A stretch of DNA of 64,000 nucleotides, taken from IMG/VR virus record IMGVR_UViG_3300024054_000362, positions 157,423 through 221,422 of that record. One strand, written 5' to 3'. Positions 45,796 to 56,912 of this stretch are shown piece by piece. The notes under the pieces are model-generated. The model saw only the letters and a list, made by a program, of their open reading frames with translations. It had not been told where the DNA came from and did not search any database. Position 1 is the first letter of the stretch, and each line of letters begins with the position of its first letter. The position numbers were made by a program, and so were the translations under genes.

Positions 45796-47481
45796 ATGTC
45801 GAACAACGTCATCCCCTTCCCCGGAACGACTGTGCCCGCGGCACCGCAGGCGCCTAGCAGTCCCATCAGCGATCCGGATCCGGAAGCGTGGGTTGAGCAA
45901 CGGATCTGGACCATCCGTTACGACAAGACGTTCAACCTCGATCAGAAGGCGCGCATTATCTACAACTTCATCTGGAGCTACGAAAGCTCCAGGACACGCG
46001 CAGGGTGCGCCTGGCTTTCCGTCGACGGTCGCCCGTATCTCTGGGTCTACGATCCACGCCGTCCGCGGCTCCTGGAGATCGACAACAAGAATCTCGAATT
46101 CACGAGCTACTTCTTCTTGCGCTACGGGCTTACGCACTCCGAGCCGCTCACGCGCCACCTGATCGACATGCTCCGCAACGGCGCTGCCGGTAGCGGCCAT
46201 CCGCGCACCGAACGACGGTTCTCATACTGGGATCGGTGGACCAAGACCCTCTACATCTCGTCGTACGACGGCTACTGTTGGGAGATCACGGGCGCACCGA
46301 TCGATCCAAAAAACCCCGGCGATCAACGCGGCGTGACGTCGCAGCCCAACGGCGCCGGTCGAACGCTATTTATCGACGACGATCGTGGCATGACACCCGC
46401 GGATCCGCTCCTCGGCAGCGACAACCGTGCACTGTTTCGACACCTGATCGAGGACTTGCAGTACGCACCGACGCGCGAGCAGTCGGGCATGTCACCGGAG
46501 ATCCAGAAGACGTGCCTCGGGATCTGGATCTTCGCGATCGCGTTCCCAGACCTGCTTCCGACCAAGCCGATCCTCCTCATCGAGGGCGATCCAGGATCCG
46601 GCAAGACGATGGCCATGCAGCGCATTGCGCTCGCACTCCACGGCGAGAACATGCCGATCCAGGTTCCCAAGCAGGAGGACAAGGACTTCGGCGTGAAGAT
46701 TCTACGTCGACCGATCGCCATCCTCGACGACATCAACGAACCGGTGACGTGGCTGCGCGACATGCTCTGCACCTACGCGACCGGCGGCGGCTGGAGCAAG
46801 CGCAAGCACTACACCAACGACGCCGAGCACGTGATCAAGCCGGAGAGCTTCCTCGCGATCACGACGAACAACCCATCGACGTTCCGCCAGGCGCAGTTGG
46901 CTGACCGTTGTCTCATCCTTCGCCTCGAACGTCGCGAGGACAAGAACGGTTACCTCGGCGCCGAAGCACTGTTCGAGCAGATCCGCGCCGATCGTGACGA
47001 GATCTTCGGCGACTGGCTCACGTGGCTCAACGAGATCGTCGCTGAGCTGCGCAAGAACCGGAAACCGCGTCCGACGAAGTCGCGCATGGCTGACTTCGCG
47101 CACCTTGCACACGTGATCGGTCGCGTGCTCTCTCGTCCAGGCGGACCGAAAGGCAACTGGTCGCCTGAAGCGATCGACACGATGCTTACGTGCATGCAGT
47201 CCGAGCGCAACGCGCTCGTGATCGAGGGTGATCCGCTGACCGAGATCATCGACCGTTGGCTCGAAGTCGCTTCGAACCAGGGTCGTGAGGTTCGCGTTTC
47301 AGATTTGCATCGCGAGCTGGCGAATATCGCGCGCGCATCTGGTAGTACGACGTTCTTCAAGTCACCCAAGGCGCTCGCTACACGCCTCAAGGAGGCGGAC
47401 GCCGCGCTCAAGGAACACTTCGAGATCTCGCGACGTGTCGCCCACGGCGGCGTCACGATGTACACGTTCCGACGTACGTAA
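45796..47481 (+). CDS. P-loop ATPase, probable primase-associated replicative helicase
   Basis: LIEGDPGSGKT, ILDDI, R..YTN, LADR, SRMADFA; C-terminal wHTH-like segment. Confidence 0.75.
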   Translation: MSNNVIPFPGTTVPAAPQAPSSPISDPDPEAWVEQRIWTIRYDKTFNLDQKARIIYNFIWSYESSRTRAGCAWLSVDGRPYLWVYDPRRPRLLEIDNKNLEFTSYFFLRYGLTHSEPLTRHLIDMLRNGAAGSGHPRTERRFSYWDRWTKTLYISSYDGYCWEITGAPIDPKNPGDQRGVTSQPNGAGRTLFIDDDRGMTPADPLLGSDNRALFRHLIEDLQYAPTREQSGMSPEIQKTCLGIWIFAIAFPDLLPTKPILLIEGDPGSGKTMAMQRIALALHGENMPIQVPKQEDKDFGVKILRRPIAILDDINEPVTWLRDMLCTYATGGGWSKRKHYTNDAEHVIKPESFLAITTNNPSTFRQAQLADRCLILRLERREDKNGYLGAEALFEQIRADRDEIFGDWLTWLNEIVAELRKNRKPRPTKSRMADFAHLAHVIGRVLSRPGGPKGNWSPEAIDTMLTCMQSERNALVIEGDPLTEIIDRWLEVASNQGREVRVSDLHRELANIARASGSTTFFKSPKALATRLKEADAALKEHFEISRRVAHGGVTMYTFRRT

Positions 47482-47509
47482 GACACTCTCAAGCTAGGGG
47501 ATCACGTCC

Positions 47510-47767
47510 ATGAGTCAATTGACAGCGTGCCAGCCGGGTTGGTTGGCGATTTTCGAAAACGCCCACGGAGACGGCTTCTCGACGGAGCCCATCGCGTGTT
47601 GGTTGTTGTCCAACGACGACGAGGACGTGCGACCGATCTGTGCGCTCGGTGGTGACATGACCGACGCCTCGCAGGCCAAGAACTTCATCGGTGTTGCCGG
47701 TCCGGGAACAGCGGCCAAAGCGGTGTATGAGGCAATGCGCGCGCTGCCGGTCAAGAAGGCAACGTAG
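47510..47767 (+). CDS. hypothetical protein
   Basis: ORF in operon. Confidence 0.5.
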   Translation: MSQLTACQPGWLAIFENAHGDGFSTEPIACWLLSNDDEDVRPICALGGDMTDASQAKNFIGVAGPGTAAKAVYEAMRALPVKKAT

Positions 47768-47958
47768 TCATGCAACGAAACTTGGTAGAAGGTGACGAAA
47801 TCAAGACCGCCGCGGGGACCGGGAAAATCCGTCGCATCGGTCCGATTCAACGTAGCGACAGCAGCAAGTACGCGTGGGCGATGCTCACGTTGGATCTTGC
47901 CGGGCAGACCGCCTACTGCGTTGCGCGCGAGGACGAGCTGCTGCGCAGCGACTGATCC

Positions 47959-48243
47959 ATGGCGCTGGTCGAAACTACAGTCGTCAACGTCTACACGACG
48001 CCGTTCGATGTGAAGATCGATCGGACGACGCCGTTCGGCAACCCATTCATCTTGGGCAAGGACGGCGATCGCACGACGGTGCTCGCGAAGTTCAAGACGT
48101 ACTTCCTAAAGCGCGTCGAAGAAGAGCCGTTTTTTCGTCGACAGGTGTTGGCGCTTCGTGGAAAAAAGTTAGGGTGTGTCTGTGCTCCAAAAATCTGTCA
48201 CGGGATGGTGATCGCCGAGTGGTTGGAGGCGAACGCAGCATGA
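47959..48243 (+). CDS. DUF4326 protein
   Basis: IDR.TPFGNPF, LRGKKLGCVCAPKICHG. Confidence 0.8.
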   Translation: MALVETTVVNVYTTPFDVKIDRTTPFGNPFILGKDGDRTTVLAKFKTYFLKRVEEEPFFRRQVLALRGKKLGCVCAPKICHGMVIAEWLEANAA

Positions 48244-48806
48244 ACGCACAACAGAAAGCGCTCGTCAGCCGCGAGCTGGCGAAGGCGTCGACGGCGCTAC
48301 ACAACGCCCACATGTTGGCCGTGCACGGCGGTGATATGGATCTGGCCGCCGCACTCATGAAGGACAAGATCTCGGTCGCGACGCAGATCACCGCGCTGAG
48401 CGGCGGTCCTGTGCGCGTCACCGGAGCTGAGCTACTGAAGCACCCGCCGAAGTAACGCAATAGTCGCCCACTAGGGAACGCGCAAGCGTGTGGGCAAGGG
48501 AGAGCTGATGAGCCGTAGGAAGCCAGAAGGACCGACGCACTTGCTTTGCGTCGTTGCTACAGCGAGCGCCGACGATGTCGGACCGGCGATCGCACACCAA
48601 CGCGCACAGCTACAGGGCAAGACAGCTGCATGGGTCCCTGATGTTCCGACGCTGTGGAATCCCAACACGGTGGAGACAGTTCGCGACGGTAGTGGTCGCC
48701 CGGTGATGATCATCCCGATCGAGAAGCTCGATCCGCGCGTGAAGTTCGTCGCCGTCTACATCGACGACTACGACGCGAGCATGAGCACGACACTTGGGGA
48801 GCTGCA

Positions 48807-49148
48807 GTGACCGCCGCGACGCAGAAGACCGGCCGCGTCACCAAGCTGACGCACGTCAAAGGCGCGATGGAGTACCGCTTCGTGCCCAAGGGCTGGACCA
48901 CGCCTCCCGGATTCGAAAATCTGTGTTGGTTCGAATTCGATCCTGTCGAGCACGCCGACGAGTACGCGAAGTGGAAGGCGGACATCGGTCACGCCCGTGG
49001 TGCGCGCCTCAAGAAGTTCACCGGCTCCAACGTCGAGTGGGACTTCACAGCGAGCTGGTACCACGACGGCAAGATCGTCTACCGAGTCCGCGTTGACCAT
49101 GATCCTGTCGAGCGTCCTGTGCTCGTCGTTATCGGAGGCTTCTCGTGA
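48807..49148 (+). CDS. hypothetical protein
   Basis: GTGA-coupled ORF. Confidence 0.5.
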   Translation: MTAATQKTGRVTKLTHVKGAMEYRFVPKGWTTPPGFENLCWFEFDPVEHADEYAKWKADIGHARGARLKKFTGSNVEWDFTASWYHDGKIVYRVRVDHDPVERPVLVVIGGFS

Positions 49149-49468
49149 ACAAGCACACCACGTTTCGGAAGCTCTTGAAGGAACGACTCGCCATTGGGCA
49201 GGCGCTACAGACGGAGCTGGACAAGCTCGTGCCACCAACTCCAACGGGCTACCTCCGCGCCAATGAACACTGGAAGGTCGTCTACGTCGCGCCGGGTGAG
49301 GGTCCCGTGGAGTTGGAGATCGCCATCGAGCCCCCTGACGGCGCTTACGAGTGGCGTTCGCCGCGAGCGCAGCAACTCAACACACTTCAAGCGCTACTCG
49401 GCTGCGACGACATCTACGTCAAGGCGATCGGCGGACCTCACTACATCGCGTACTACAACAAGACCTAA
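49145..49468 (+). CDS. hypothetical protein
   Basis: GTGA-coupled ORF. Confidence 0.5.
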   Translation: MNKHTTFRKLLKERLAIGQALQTELDKLVPPTPTGYLRANEHWKVVYVAPGEGPVELEIAIEPPDGAYEWRSPRAQQLNTLQALLGCDDIYVKAIGGPHYIAYYNKT

Positions 49469-49483
49469 CTGAAGGACCACGCC

Positions 49484-50881
49484 ATGAAAGAGCCGTTTCT
49501 CAAGATCGTCGACCACCTGAACCCCGAAGACGTCGCCATGTTGCAAGCGCTCTACTCGCGTTCGGCAGACAGCGTCGAAGAGCATCTGAAGCGCGTCAAG
49601 GAGGTCGGCTCCGGCAAGTTCATGAAGCAGTACTACGTCGGCTTCAACCACAAGTCGATTGCCGACTGCGGCTCGACGACGATGTTCACCGAAGGCGTAA
49701 GCCTTCTCGCGGCGAAGGCGATCCAGGATTGGCCGCTGTACTCGGGCCAAGAGACGAGCACGCGCTACATCAACATGAGCCAGCAGCCGATCATCGACCC
49801 GATCGGGTCAGCCGAGTCGCTAGCGATCCTCGAAGCGTGGATGGCCTTCTACGTGAAGCATCAGGATCGTGTCGCCGAGATCATCGCCCTTCGATATCCG
49901 AAGGGCGAAGCTGAGAAGCAAGAGACTTACGATCGTGCGGTGAAGGCGCGCGTGTTCGATGTTCTCCGTGGCTTCCTGCCAGCTGGAATCACAACGCAGC
50001 TGTCGTGGCACTCAAACTTGCGACAAGCCGACGACCACCTATCATGGATGCTGCATCATCCGATGCCAGAGGTTGTGCGGGTCGCGCTGCAGCTGCGCAG
50101 ATTGCTCCACGAGCGCTATCCGTCGAGCGGGTTCAACCATTTTGGTGGGGCTGGCGTCAGCGGCGTCGCCAACAAGGACGAAGGACTCCGCGATGTACGT
50201 CAGGAGTGGATGTGGCGTGTAGCCACGGAGTGGACGTATTCGGCGCGGTGGGCACCGACGCACGCGGAGAGTGTCGACGTGTTATCGACGGGCTTTCGTG
50301 GTCTCGACTACGACGCGGACGCGCGGATGGAGCCCTACAAGGAGATGCTCGCGACGAGGCCGGAAGGCTGCGTGCTGCCGCACTTCCTGACGTCACTCGG
50401 GCAGTTCAACCTACGACACTTGATCGATTTCGGTTCGTTCCGCGACGCACAACGACACCGAAACGGCGTCGTTCAGATGCCGCTCCTCGACACGAGCTTC
50501 GGCTTCGAGCGGTGGTACCTGGAGCAGCTTGGTGACCCAAACAACGGGGATGTCGGCGGCCTTCGCGACGAAGCCGTCGAGCTGATCCACAAGCAACAGG
50601 AACGAATCCGTACACTGTCGACGGATCCTGTGAAGCGCCAGTACTATGTCGCGCTCGGCTTCCGTGTGCCGTGCCAGATGACGATGGCGCTTCCCGCGCT
50701 GCTCTACTACCTGGAGCTGCGCTCGAAGAAGACCGTCCATCCGACGCTGCGGCATCAGGTTCATAACGTGGTCAGGAAGTTCCAGCAGGTCTACCCGCCG
50801 GAGCAGATCGCGTTGCATGTGGACATGGACCCGAGCGACTGGGATGTCCGTCGCGGCAACCAGACGATCACGAAGCGTTGA
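49484..50881 (+). CDS. thyX: flavin-dependent thymidylate synthase, long two-domain form
   Basis: YYVGFNHKSIAD, QETSTRY, FDVLRGFLP, DFGSFRDAQRHR, YYLELRS. Confidence 0.85.
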   Translation: MKEPFLKIVDHLNPEDVAMLQALYSRSADSVEEHLKRVKEVGSGKFMKQYYVGFNHKSIADCGSTTMFTEGVSLLAAKAIQDWPLYSGQETSTRYINMSQQPIIDPIGSAESLAILEAWMAFYVKHQDRVAEIIALRYPKGEAEKQETYDRAVKARVFDVLRGFLPAGITTQLSWHSNLRQADDHLSWMLHHPMPEVVRVALQLRRLLHERYPSSGFNHFGGAGVSGVANKDEGLRDVRQEWMWRVATEWTYSARWAPTHAESVDVLSTGFRGLDYDADARMEPYKEMLATRPEGCVLPHFLTSLGQFNLRHLIDFGSFRDAQRHRNGVVQMPLLDTSFGFERWYLEQLGDPNNGDVGGLRDEAVELIHKQQERIRTLSTDPVKRQYYVALGFRVPCQMTMALPALLYYLELRSKKTVHPTLRHQVHNVVRKFQQVYPPEQIALHVDMDPSDWDVRRGNQTITKR

Positions 50882-50884
50882 GCT

Positions 50885-51736
50885 GTGGCAAACGAACTTG
50901 TCAACGCCGCCATCGAATACGCCAACCTGATCTATGGACTGATCGACCCACGAACGCAGATGGTCTTTTACATCGGAAAAACTGAACGCGGGCTTTCGCG
51001 CACAAAGCAGCATCGTCATGAGAAAAAGAATAAGGCGCTACGCGCCGTAATCGCTGCCTTGCAGAAAGCCGGGCTGACTTACGAGGTTATCGTACTTGAT
51101 CGAACCGACGAGCCTCGAACGCCGCGCGTCGTGTGTTGGTGGAACCGAGATCGCGCCCCAACGCACCTCGCCGATCTGGAGAGGTGGTGGATTGCAATGG
51201 GTCGCGCAATGGAATGGCCGTTGACGAATCAAACTGACGGCGGTGAAGGCGCGCCAAACCGATTCGACGTAGGACAACGTTCGATCATCGCCAAGAAGGC
51301 CAAAGCGGCGATGTCACCGAAACAACGGAGTGCGGCTGTGGTCAAAGCCAACGCAACACGCGGTCCTGAACAGCGAAAAGCGATTGCACAAAGAGCAGCG
51401 GCGACACGTGTTGCATCGGGCGTCCAAGCAATGCTGAACGCGGCCACGTCACAACGCAACAGGACACGAACGTCAGAACAGAATTCAGAGAACTCGCGAC
51501 GTTCATGGTCAGAAGAACGCCGCGCACATCGTAGCGCGCAAATGACGGCTTACATGGCGAAGTTCACACCCGAAGAACGTCGCGAGCGCGCCCGCCGCAG
51601 CAACGCCTTACGAACGCATGAAGAACGTAGCGCTGCTGTACGGAGGGTGCATGCGGCACGTACGCCTGAACAGCGGAGCGAGATCGTGCGAAAAGGGCAT
51701 TTAGCTCGTCGGAGGTCTTCCACCAATGTCGAATGA
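50885..51736 (+). CDS. free-standing GIY-YIG homing endonuclease
   Basis: IYGLIDPR...FYIGK, ERWWI, LTNQTDGGEG; C-terminal TPE[QE]R helical repeats. Confidence 0.8.
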   Translation: MANELVNAAIEYANLIYGLIDPRTQMVFYIGKTERGLSRTKQHRHEKKNKALRAVIAALQKAGLTYEVIVLDRTDEPRTPRVVCWWNRDRAPTHLADLERWWIAMGRAMEWPLTNQTDGGEGAPNRFDVGQRSIIAKKAKAAMSPKQRSAAVVKANATRGPEQRKAIAQRAAATRVASGVQAMLNAATSQRNRTRTSEQNSENSRRSWSEERRAHRSAQMTAYMAKFTPEERRERARRSNALRTHEERSAAVRRVHAARTPEQRSEIVRKGHLARRRSSTNVE

Positions 51737-52931
51737 CCTCTTGGAAGCAGCACTTACGTATGCCAGTAGGGGATGGCGCGTGATCGCGTTGCATTTTTTA
51801 AATCAGTACAACGGAGTGACGGGCTGTTCATGTCGTAAGAAGACTGAGTGTACGGCAATAGGCAAACATCCGATCTTCCCAAAGTGGCGCGAGATCGCGA
51901 CGACGGATACAGATAGATTGCATGTCTGGTGGCGACATAAACCGAGAGGGAATGTTGGCCTCTTGATGGGTGGCGCAGCGAGTCTCGTGTGCGTCGACAT
52001 CGACGGCGACGAGGGCCGTGCGTCGTTGAAGAAGCTCGAAGCTGAGAACAGCAAGCTCCCGAAGACGCGCTCGCAGACGACGGGACGCGCGGGCGGCGGC
52101 GAGCACTTTCTCTTCCACGTCGATCCGTTCTACGTCGACTGGATTCGGAACCGCGCGAAGGTAGCGCCCGGCCTCGATTTCAGATCCGAGGGCGGCCTCA
52201 TCGTCGCGGCGCCGTCGCTGCACCTATCCGGCAACCGCTACCAGTGGCGTGATCCGAACTATCCCATCGCCGAGTTGCCGGAGTGGATGTTCAAGCTGGC
52301 GCTCTCGAAGCGCGAGGTCTCGCACGAGGTCTTGTCGAGCGGTGAGCGCCCCAAAGAGGAAGATCTCGCGCGAGTCGGTTGGCCGCTCGAACGGCGCATG
52401 GCCGCTGCGCGCGTCGAGCTGGCGAAGGCTGAACCGGCGATCCAAGGTCAGAACGGATCGGCCGCGTGCTATCGCGCAGCGATTCTCGTGACGCGTGGAT
52501 TCTGTATCCCCGTCGAGGGTCACAACCACGTCCACGACCTCATGTGGGAGGTCTACAACCCGCTGTGCGTACCGTCCTGGCCTGAGGACGAGCTGACGCA
52601 CAAGATCCACGACGCCGAGAAGGTCTCCTACGCGCCGTGGGGCTTCCGTCTGAACTTCGCGATCATGACGGAGCAGTATTCGAAGCCGCACAAGACCAAG
52701 CTGGTCGCGCCGATCGGTACAACGTCGCCGACAGGAGCCAGTGATGTACACGCGCGGCTGGCCGCGCACGCGTCGTTGGTGCGTCCACAGCCGAGTGCGC
52801 GGCCGGTGAGGCCGCCGACGCGGGCCGAATTGCTTGCGCGGCCTGATCGTCGAGATCCGGAGATCGCCTCACAACCAGTTCCGAAACCGTCTGTCGACGA
52901 AGACGACGAAGGAGTCGCCGAATGCGTTTGA
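51726..52931 (+). CDS. bifunctional DNA primase/polymerase (Prim-Pol)
   Basis: AALTYASRGWRV, CSC..C...GKHP, NVGL, VDID, GGEH, GLDFRSEGGLIVAAPSLH. Confidence 0.88.
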   Translation: MSNDLLEAALTYASRGWRVIALHFLNQYNGVTGCSCRKKTECTAIGKHPIFPKWREIATTDTDRLHVWWRHKPRGNVGLLMGGAASLVCVDIDGDEGRASLKKLEAENSKLPKTRSQTTGRAGGGEHFLFHVDPFYVDWIRNRAKVAPGLDFRSEGGLIVAAPSLHLSGNRYQWRDPNYPIAELPEWMFKLALSKREVSHEVLSSGERPKEEDLARVGWPLERRMAAARVELAKAEPAIQGQNGSAACYRAAILVTRGFCIPVEGHNHVHDLMWEVYNPLCVPSWPEDELTHKIHDAEKVSYAPWGFRLNFAIMTEQYSKPHKTKLVAPIGTTSPTGASDVHARLAAHASLVRPQPSARPVRPPTRAELLARPDRRDPEIASQPVPKPSVDEDDEGVAECV

Positions 52932-53332
52932 TCTACTTGGCACATCCTCTCGGCGCACCGACCCCCGAAGGTGTCGAAGCCAACAAGGCACGCGCCCGTC
53001 GCTGGATCCGATGGATCTACGATCACCTCAATGTCGGACGTGTTCGAGTTGCCGTCGTCGCTGATTGGCTGATCACGTGCGACGTCCTCGACGACTTCAA
53101 CCCTGATCATCGTTCGCAGGGTATGACGATGAACAAGGCGATCATCCCCGTGTGTCACGAGTTTTGGATGGTGGGTGGTCGCGTCTCGTCGGGCATGGAA
53201 GAGGAGTGGAAGCTCGTCCGCAACCTCATCGCGAGTCGAATGAGTCCGATGAAGCGCTACTTCGACCTGACGTGGCTCGGCGACGAGCCGCCAGCTGTCA
53301 TGCCTGATGAGGTCAAGGCACTCGTCGCATGA
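52922..53332 (+). CDS. DUF4406/NDT-fold protein
   Basis: IYLAHPL, N..RAR, C.EFWMVG..SSGM..E. Confidence 0.65.
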   Translation: MRLIYLAHPLGAPTPEGVEANKARARRWIRWIYDHLNVGRVRVAVVADWLITCDVLDDFNPDHRSQGMTMNKAIIPVCHEFWMVGGRVSSGMEEEWKLVRNLIASRMSPMKRYFDLTWLGDEPPAVMPDEVKALVA

Positions 53333-53997
53333 CGCTCGATCCCAACATCCGGCGTGAGGCGTGGGGCGTCTTGAAGATGTACTCGACGCCGCAGCAAGAG
53401 CTGATCAAGAAGAACCTGTACGGCCCCCGCGAAGCGCGTCTGGCAGGTGCCATCGTTGCCAACAGCATGGTTGCAGTGGTCCATCAGCAACCGACGGAAA
53501 CAGATGCGTTACGCGAGCTACAGGAAAGCGCCTGGGAGACCGTCTCGGCGCTGGTGGAGCTGTTGAAGCAGGCTGCGCAGATCATCGAGGACAACGTCGC
53601 CGGTGATCACGTGGCGTTGCTGAATGAGATCGATCGTGAAGTGTCGTCGGCCGAGGAGAACTTCGACTACGCGGAAGCTGACGCTGCGACGGAGGAAGGC
53701 ACGTCGTCGTTCAAGGTCATCGTGTTCCCGCCATTGATCGACGCGCCGGATCAAGCGATCACGGCGTTCGTGGAGAAGATACGGGTGCGGGCGATCCCAG
53801 TGTGGGTGGCCGACGAAAATGACCAGACCAAGCGCCTGAAGGCGATGACCATCCGCGAGATCTACAACATCGGCCGTGTTGCGGCCGTCGTCATCACGAA
53901 TGTTGATGGCATGGTGCTCGATGGCTGGTACAACGGTCTGCCCTGGGTAGAAGAAGTCACGAGCAAGTTGGCAGCGCTACAGGAGCGGTTTCGATGA
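53329..53997 (+). CDS. hypothetical protein
   Basis: ATGA-coupled ORF. Confidence 0.55.
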   Translation: MTLDPNIRREAWGVLKMYSTPQQELIKKNLYGPREARLAGAIVANSMVAVVHQQPTETDALRELQESAWETVSALVELLKQAAQIIEDNVAGDHVALLNEIDREVSSAEENFDYAEADAATEEGTSSFKVIVFPPLIDAPDQAITAFVEKIRVRAIPVWVADENDQTKRLKAMTIREIYNIGRVAAVVITNVDGMVLDGWYNGLPWVEEVTSKLAALQERFR

Positions 53998-54314
53998 AGC
54001 AGAAGACCAAGAAGCGCGTGCGTGACCCACTCGCGAAAGCCAAGAAGGCCGTGCCGCCCATATCGCTGGCGAGGGCCAAGGCAACAGTGCGTCGTCGACC
54101 GCCGCCGAAGAAGGTCACGTCGAGCGTATTCCACGTTCTCGACACCAAGGGCGAGGTCTTTGGTGAGTACGCGACGCGCGAAGATGCCTGGCACGACGCC
54201 GTCGGCCCGCGGTTCTGCAAGGGCTTCTATATCGTCGAGTACGCGAAGCGCGGTGTGCGTCGGTACGACTATAACGCGGCGTCGCTGAAGGAGATGCGCG
54301 ATGTCGGTAGATGA
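53994..54314 (+). CDS. hypothetical basic protein
   Basis: ATGA-coupled ORF. Confidence 0.5.
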   Translation: MKQKTKKRVRDPLAKAKKAVPPISLARAKATVRRRPPPKKVTSSVFHVLDTKGEVFGEYATREDAWHDAVGPRFCKGFYIVEYAKRGVRRYDYNAASLKEMRDVGR

Positions 54315-55086
54315 AAAGAAGAGAGATGGCGGCTTCCTGGACGTTCAGCTCGTCGAGAAACTGTTGTCTTCGTCGGTCGAGATGCCGGCTGATGACAAGG
54401 TCAAGATCCTGCGCGGGCTCGTGACGACAGGCCCGTACGCGTCGGTCAAGGAGATGGAGGCGTTGCCGCAAGGCGTGGCGACGTTCCTACGTGCGCTGCG
54501 CGATCTGTTGCCTGACGTCCTCGACGAGATCGATCGAGCTGTCGGACAAGAGAAGCAGACGGCGTCGGCGTTGGATGGTTTTGTCGGCGATCTCGAACGC
54601 ATGCGCGACGCGAAGGTCCCTACGGAGATCTGCTGCCCACAGTGCAAGATGCTCCATGTTGACCAGGACGAGTGGGCGACGACGCGGCTGCACCGCAAGC
54701 ATCTGTGTGTGAAGTGCGGACATGTCTGGGCGCCGTACGCGGTCACGACGGTCGGCGTTGACTTTCACATCGAATGTCGCGTTGAAATGGAGCAGCTACG
54801 TACTGATGCTATCTGGCTCCGGTCAGCGTGGGAAACAGAAATCGAGGCGAACAAGAAGCTAATCGCACGTCGTGATGAGCTACTCACGATGATCGCCAAC
54901 CTTTCGCAAGCGGTTCCCCTCGACAGCGAAGTCGCGGGCGCGATCGATGCACAGCGCTCGCTCATCGCCGAGGTCGGTACGCTCAAAGCCCGCGTCGCCG
55001 AGCTGGAACGTGAGAAAGCCGAACGCGACAAGCCTCGCGAGTACGTCAACATGGCGACCGAGTACGACGGGACCGACTATGGCTAG
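54301..55086 (+). CDS. Zn-ribbon/coiled-coil protein
   Basis: CPQC..HVD..W...HRKHLC..CGHVW. Confidence 0.55.
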   Translation: MSVDEKKRDGGFLDVQLVEKLLSSSVEMPADDKVKILRGLVTTGPYASVKEMEALPQGVATFLRALRDLLPDVLDEIDRAVGQEKQTASALDGFVGDLERMRDAKVPTEICCPQCKMLHVDQDEWATTRLHRKHLCVKCGHVWAPYAVTTVGVDFHIECRVEMEQLRTDAIWLRSAWETEIEANKKLIARRDELLTMIANLSQAVPLDSEVAGAIDAQRSLIAEVGTLKARVAELEREKAERDKPREYVNMATEYDGTDYG

Positions 55087-55443
55087 AAAGACCACAACGA
55101 GAACAGCGGTGGCTACGCGTGTGCCGCATCGAGGCCACCCGAAGTGTCGTCCGGGCAAAACGGCGCACGGCACCAAAGCGCTCCAGCTGCGACCGAACGG
55201 TCGTTGGGGAAAGGATGATGGCGGTCCCGGGCTCGCGTTCATCGGTACGGCTGCTAGCGAGATCGATCCGCAGACGGCGACGGTGTGGGTCGCGAACTGC
55301 AGCTGCAAGATCTACTTGCAGTGCCCGCTTGCGAAAGCGCTCGCCTACGCAGGTGATCGTTACGAAGCCACAACAGTCGAACGTCGTCGACGGGCGCAGG
55401 GTCGAAAGATCCGTCGACCGCGAGCGGGACGGACGCTGTTGTA

Positions 55444-55821
55444 GTGCCAGCGTTCCTTCGGGGGTTCATCGTCTGCGACGGCTGTGGCACGACCGCAACC
55501 GTGACGGCGAAGGTGTCTGCACGTGACCACACGGACCTGTGGTGGGATCTGCCGACGGGCTGGCAGCTGTTCGGGCGCGGACACAACGGGGTCATCGTGT
55601 ACTGCTCGCGCGCATGCAACACGAACGGCGCGTCGATGGGGTATCCAGATCAGCAAGGTCGCGGCAATCTCGATCCGGCGACGTTCGACGTACGCACGCT
55701 CGACAAGCTCTACGAGCTGATCGAGATCGGCGCGAAGAAATCGACGGGTGCCGACAACGTCCTCGCTGCGATCGAGGCCGTCTTGATCGCGTGGCGACAA
55801 CGCCCAAAGGGGGCATCATGA
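55444..55821 (+). CDS. hypothetical Zn-finger protein
   Basis: CDGCG...YCSRAC. Confidence 0.5.
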   Translation: MPAFLRGFIVCDGCGTTATVTAKVSARDHTDLWWDLPTGWQLFGRGHNGVIVYCSRACNTNGASMGYPDQQGRGNLDPATFDVRTLDKLYELIEIGAKKSTGADNVLAAIEAVLIAWRQRPKGAS

Positions 55822-56200
55822 GCAACAAAGGTCTCCTCAGATTTTGCTGGCAGGAACAGAACGGTGAAATCACCAACTGGTGGTCGGACGACCTGGCGAA
55901 GCAGAAGCATCGGTTCGTGCACACCGAGTGGGGAAAGTTCGCGGTCGCCGTCGACGTCAAGCTCGGCGAGGTGCAGCTTCAGATCGCCAACCCACCATCG
56001 CGGCGTATCGTACGTGTTGTCGACCTCCCTCGCGTCGACGGGAACGACTTTCAAATGGCGTTCGAAGCTGTCGCCATGACGGGTACGCACGCGGCGTTCG
56101 CGGTCGAGTTGTTCTTGCGAGCCATCGATCGCGACGATCTTGCAAGTTGCCTCACGCCGGACGGGCGACCTGAAGGCTATGACCCTGGAGGACGACTGCC

Positions 56201-56692
56201 GTGATTCTCGGCGTTACGGGACATCGACCCGATAAGATCGGCGGCTACGACGACGACGCCAACCCGCTACGCAGCTGGGTTCGTGGACAGATTCGTCGAC
56301 ACCTACAAACGTTTCGGCCGCTGTACGGCATCAGCGGGATGGCGCTCGGAACGGATCAAGATTTCGCCGCTGCCTGCGTCGAGCTGGGCATTCCGTTCAT
56401 CGCCGCCGTGCCGTTCAAAGGTCAGGAGCTGGCGTGGCGATCGCATCCGACGTCGCGCAAGAGGTATCGCGAGCTGATTGCGAAGGCTTACGAGGTCGTG
56501 ATCGTGAGTGAAGGTGGTTACGAGAATTTCAAAATGCAGGTGAGGAACGAGTGGGTCGTGGATCATTGCAACGCGATGTTGTGCGTGTTCGACGGTTCAC
56601 CCGGCGGAACGGCAAACACCGTCAACTACGCTGACCGCGTTCGCCGTGACAAGATCCGTATCAACCCTCGGGACTTTCAGGCGGCCGTGTGA
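56201..56692 (+). CDS. YspA/DUF1273 SLOG-family protein
   Basis: VTGHRP, SGMALGTD, RNEWVVD, DGSPGGT. Confidence 0.85.
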   Translation: MILGVTGHRPDKIGGYDDDANPLRSWVRGQIRRHLQTFRPLYGISGMALGTDQDFAAACVELGIPFIAAVPFKGQELAWRSHPTSRKRYRELIAKAYEVVIVSEGGYENFKMQVRNEWVVDHCNAMLCVFDGSPGGTANTVNYADRVRRDKIRINPRDFQAAV

Positions 56693-56912
56693 GGGTCGCG
56701 CGATCGAACCAAACGCAGACGTACGAACCAACGTCAGTGACCTTGGCATTCGAAGGCTGGAGCTACGACACATGACGACGTTCTTAATCGGCCTTGCTGC
56801 GTTCTCGTCGGTGTTCTTGGGCACTTTTTACGATGTTGCGATCAACTTTGATCGTGACGTGGATAGAAATCAGACCATCAACGTCACACATGGACGACAT
56901 GCAGGTGTATAA

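Noticed and set aside
50885-51736. Group I intron hosting the GIY-YIG gene
   Set aside because: The flanking thyX and Prim-Pol genes are each complete, so the endonuclease is free-standing
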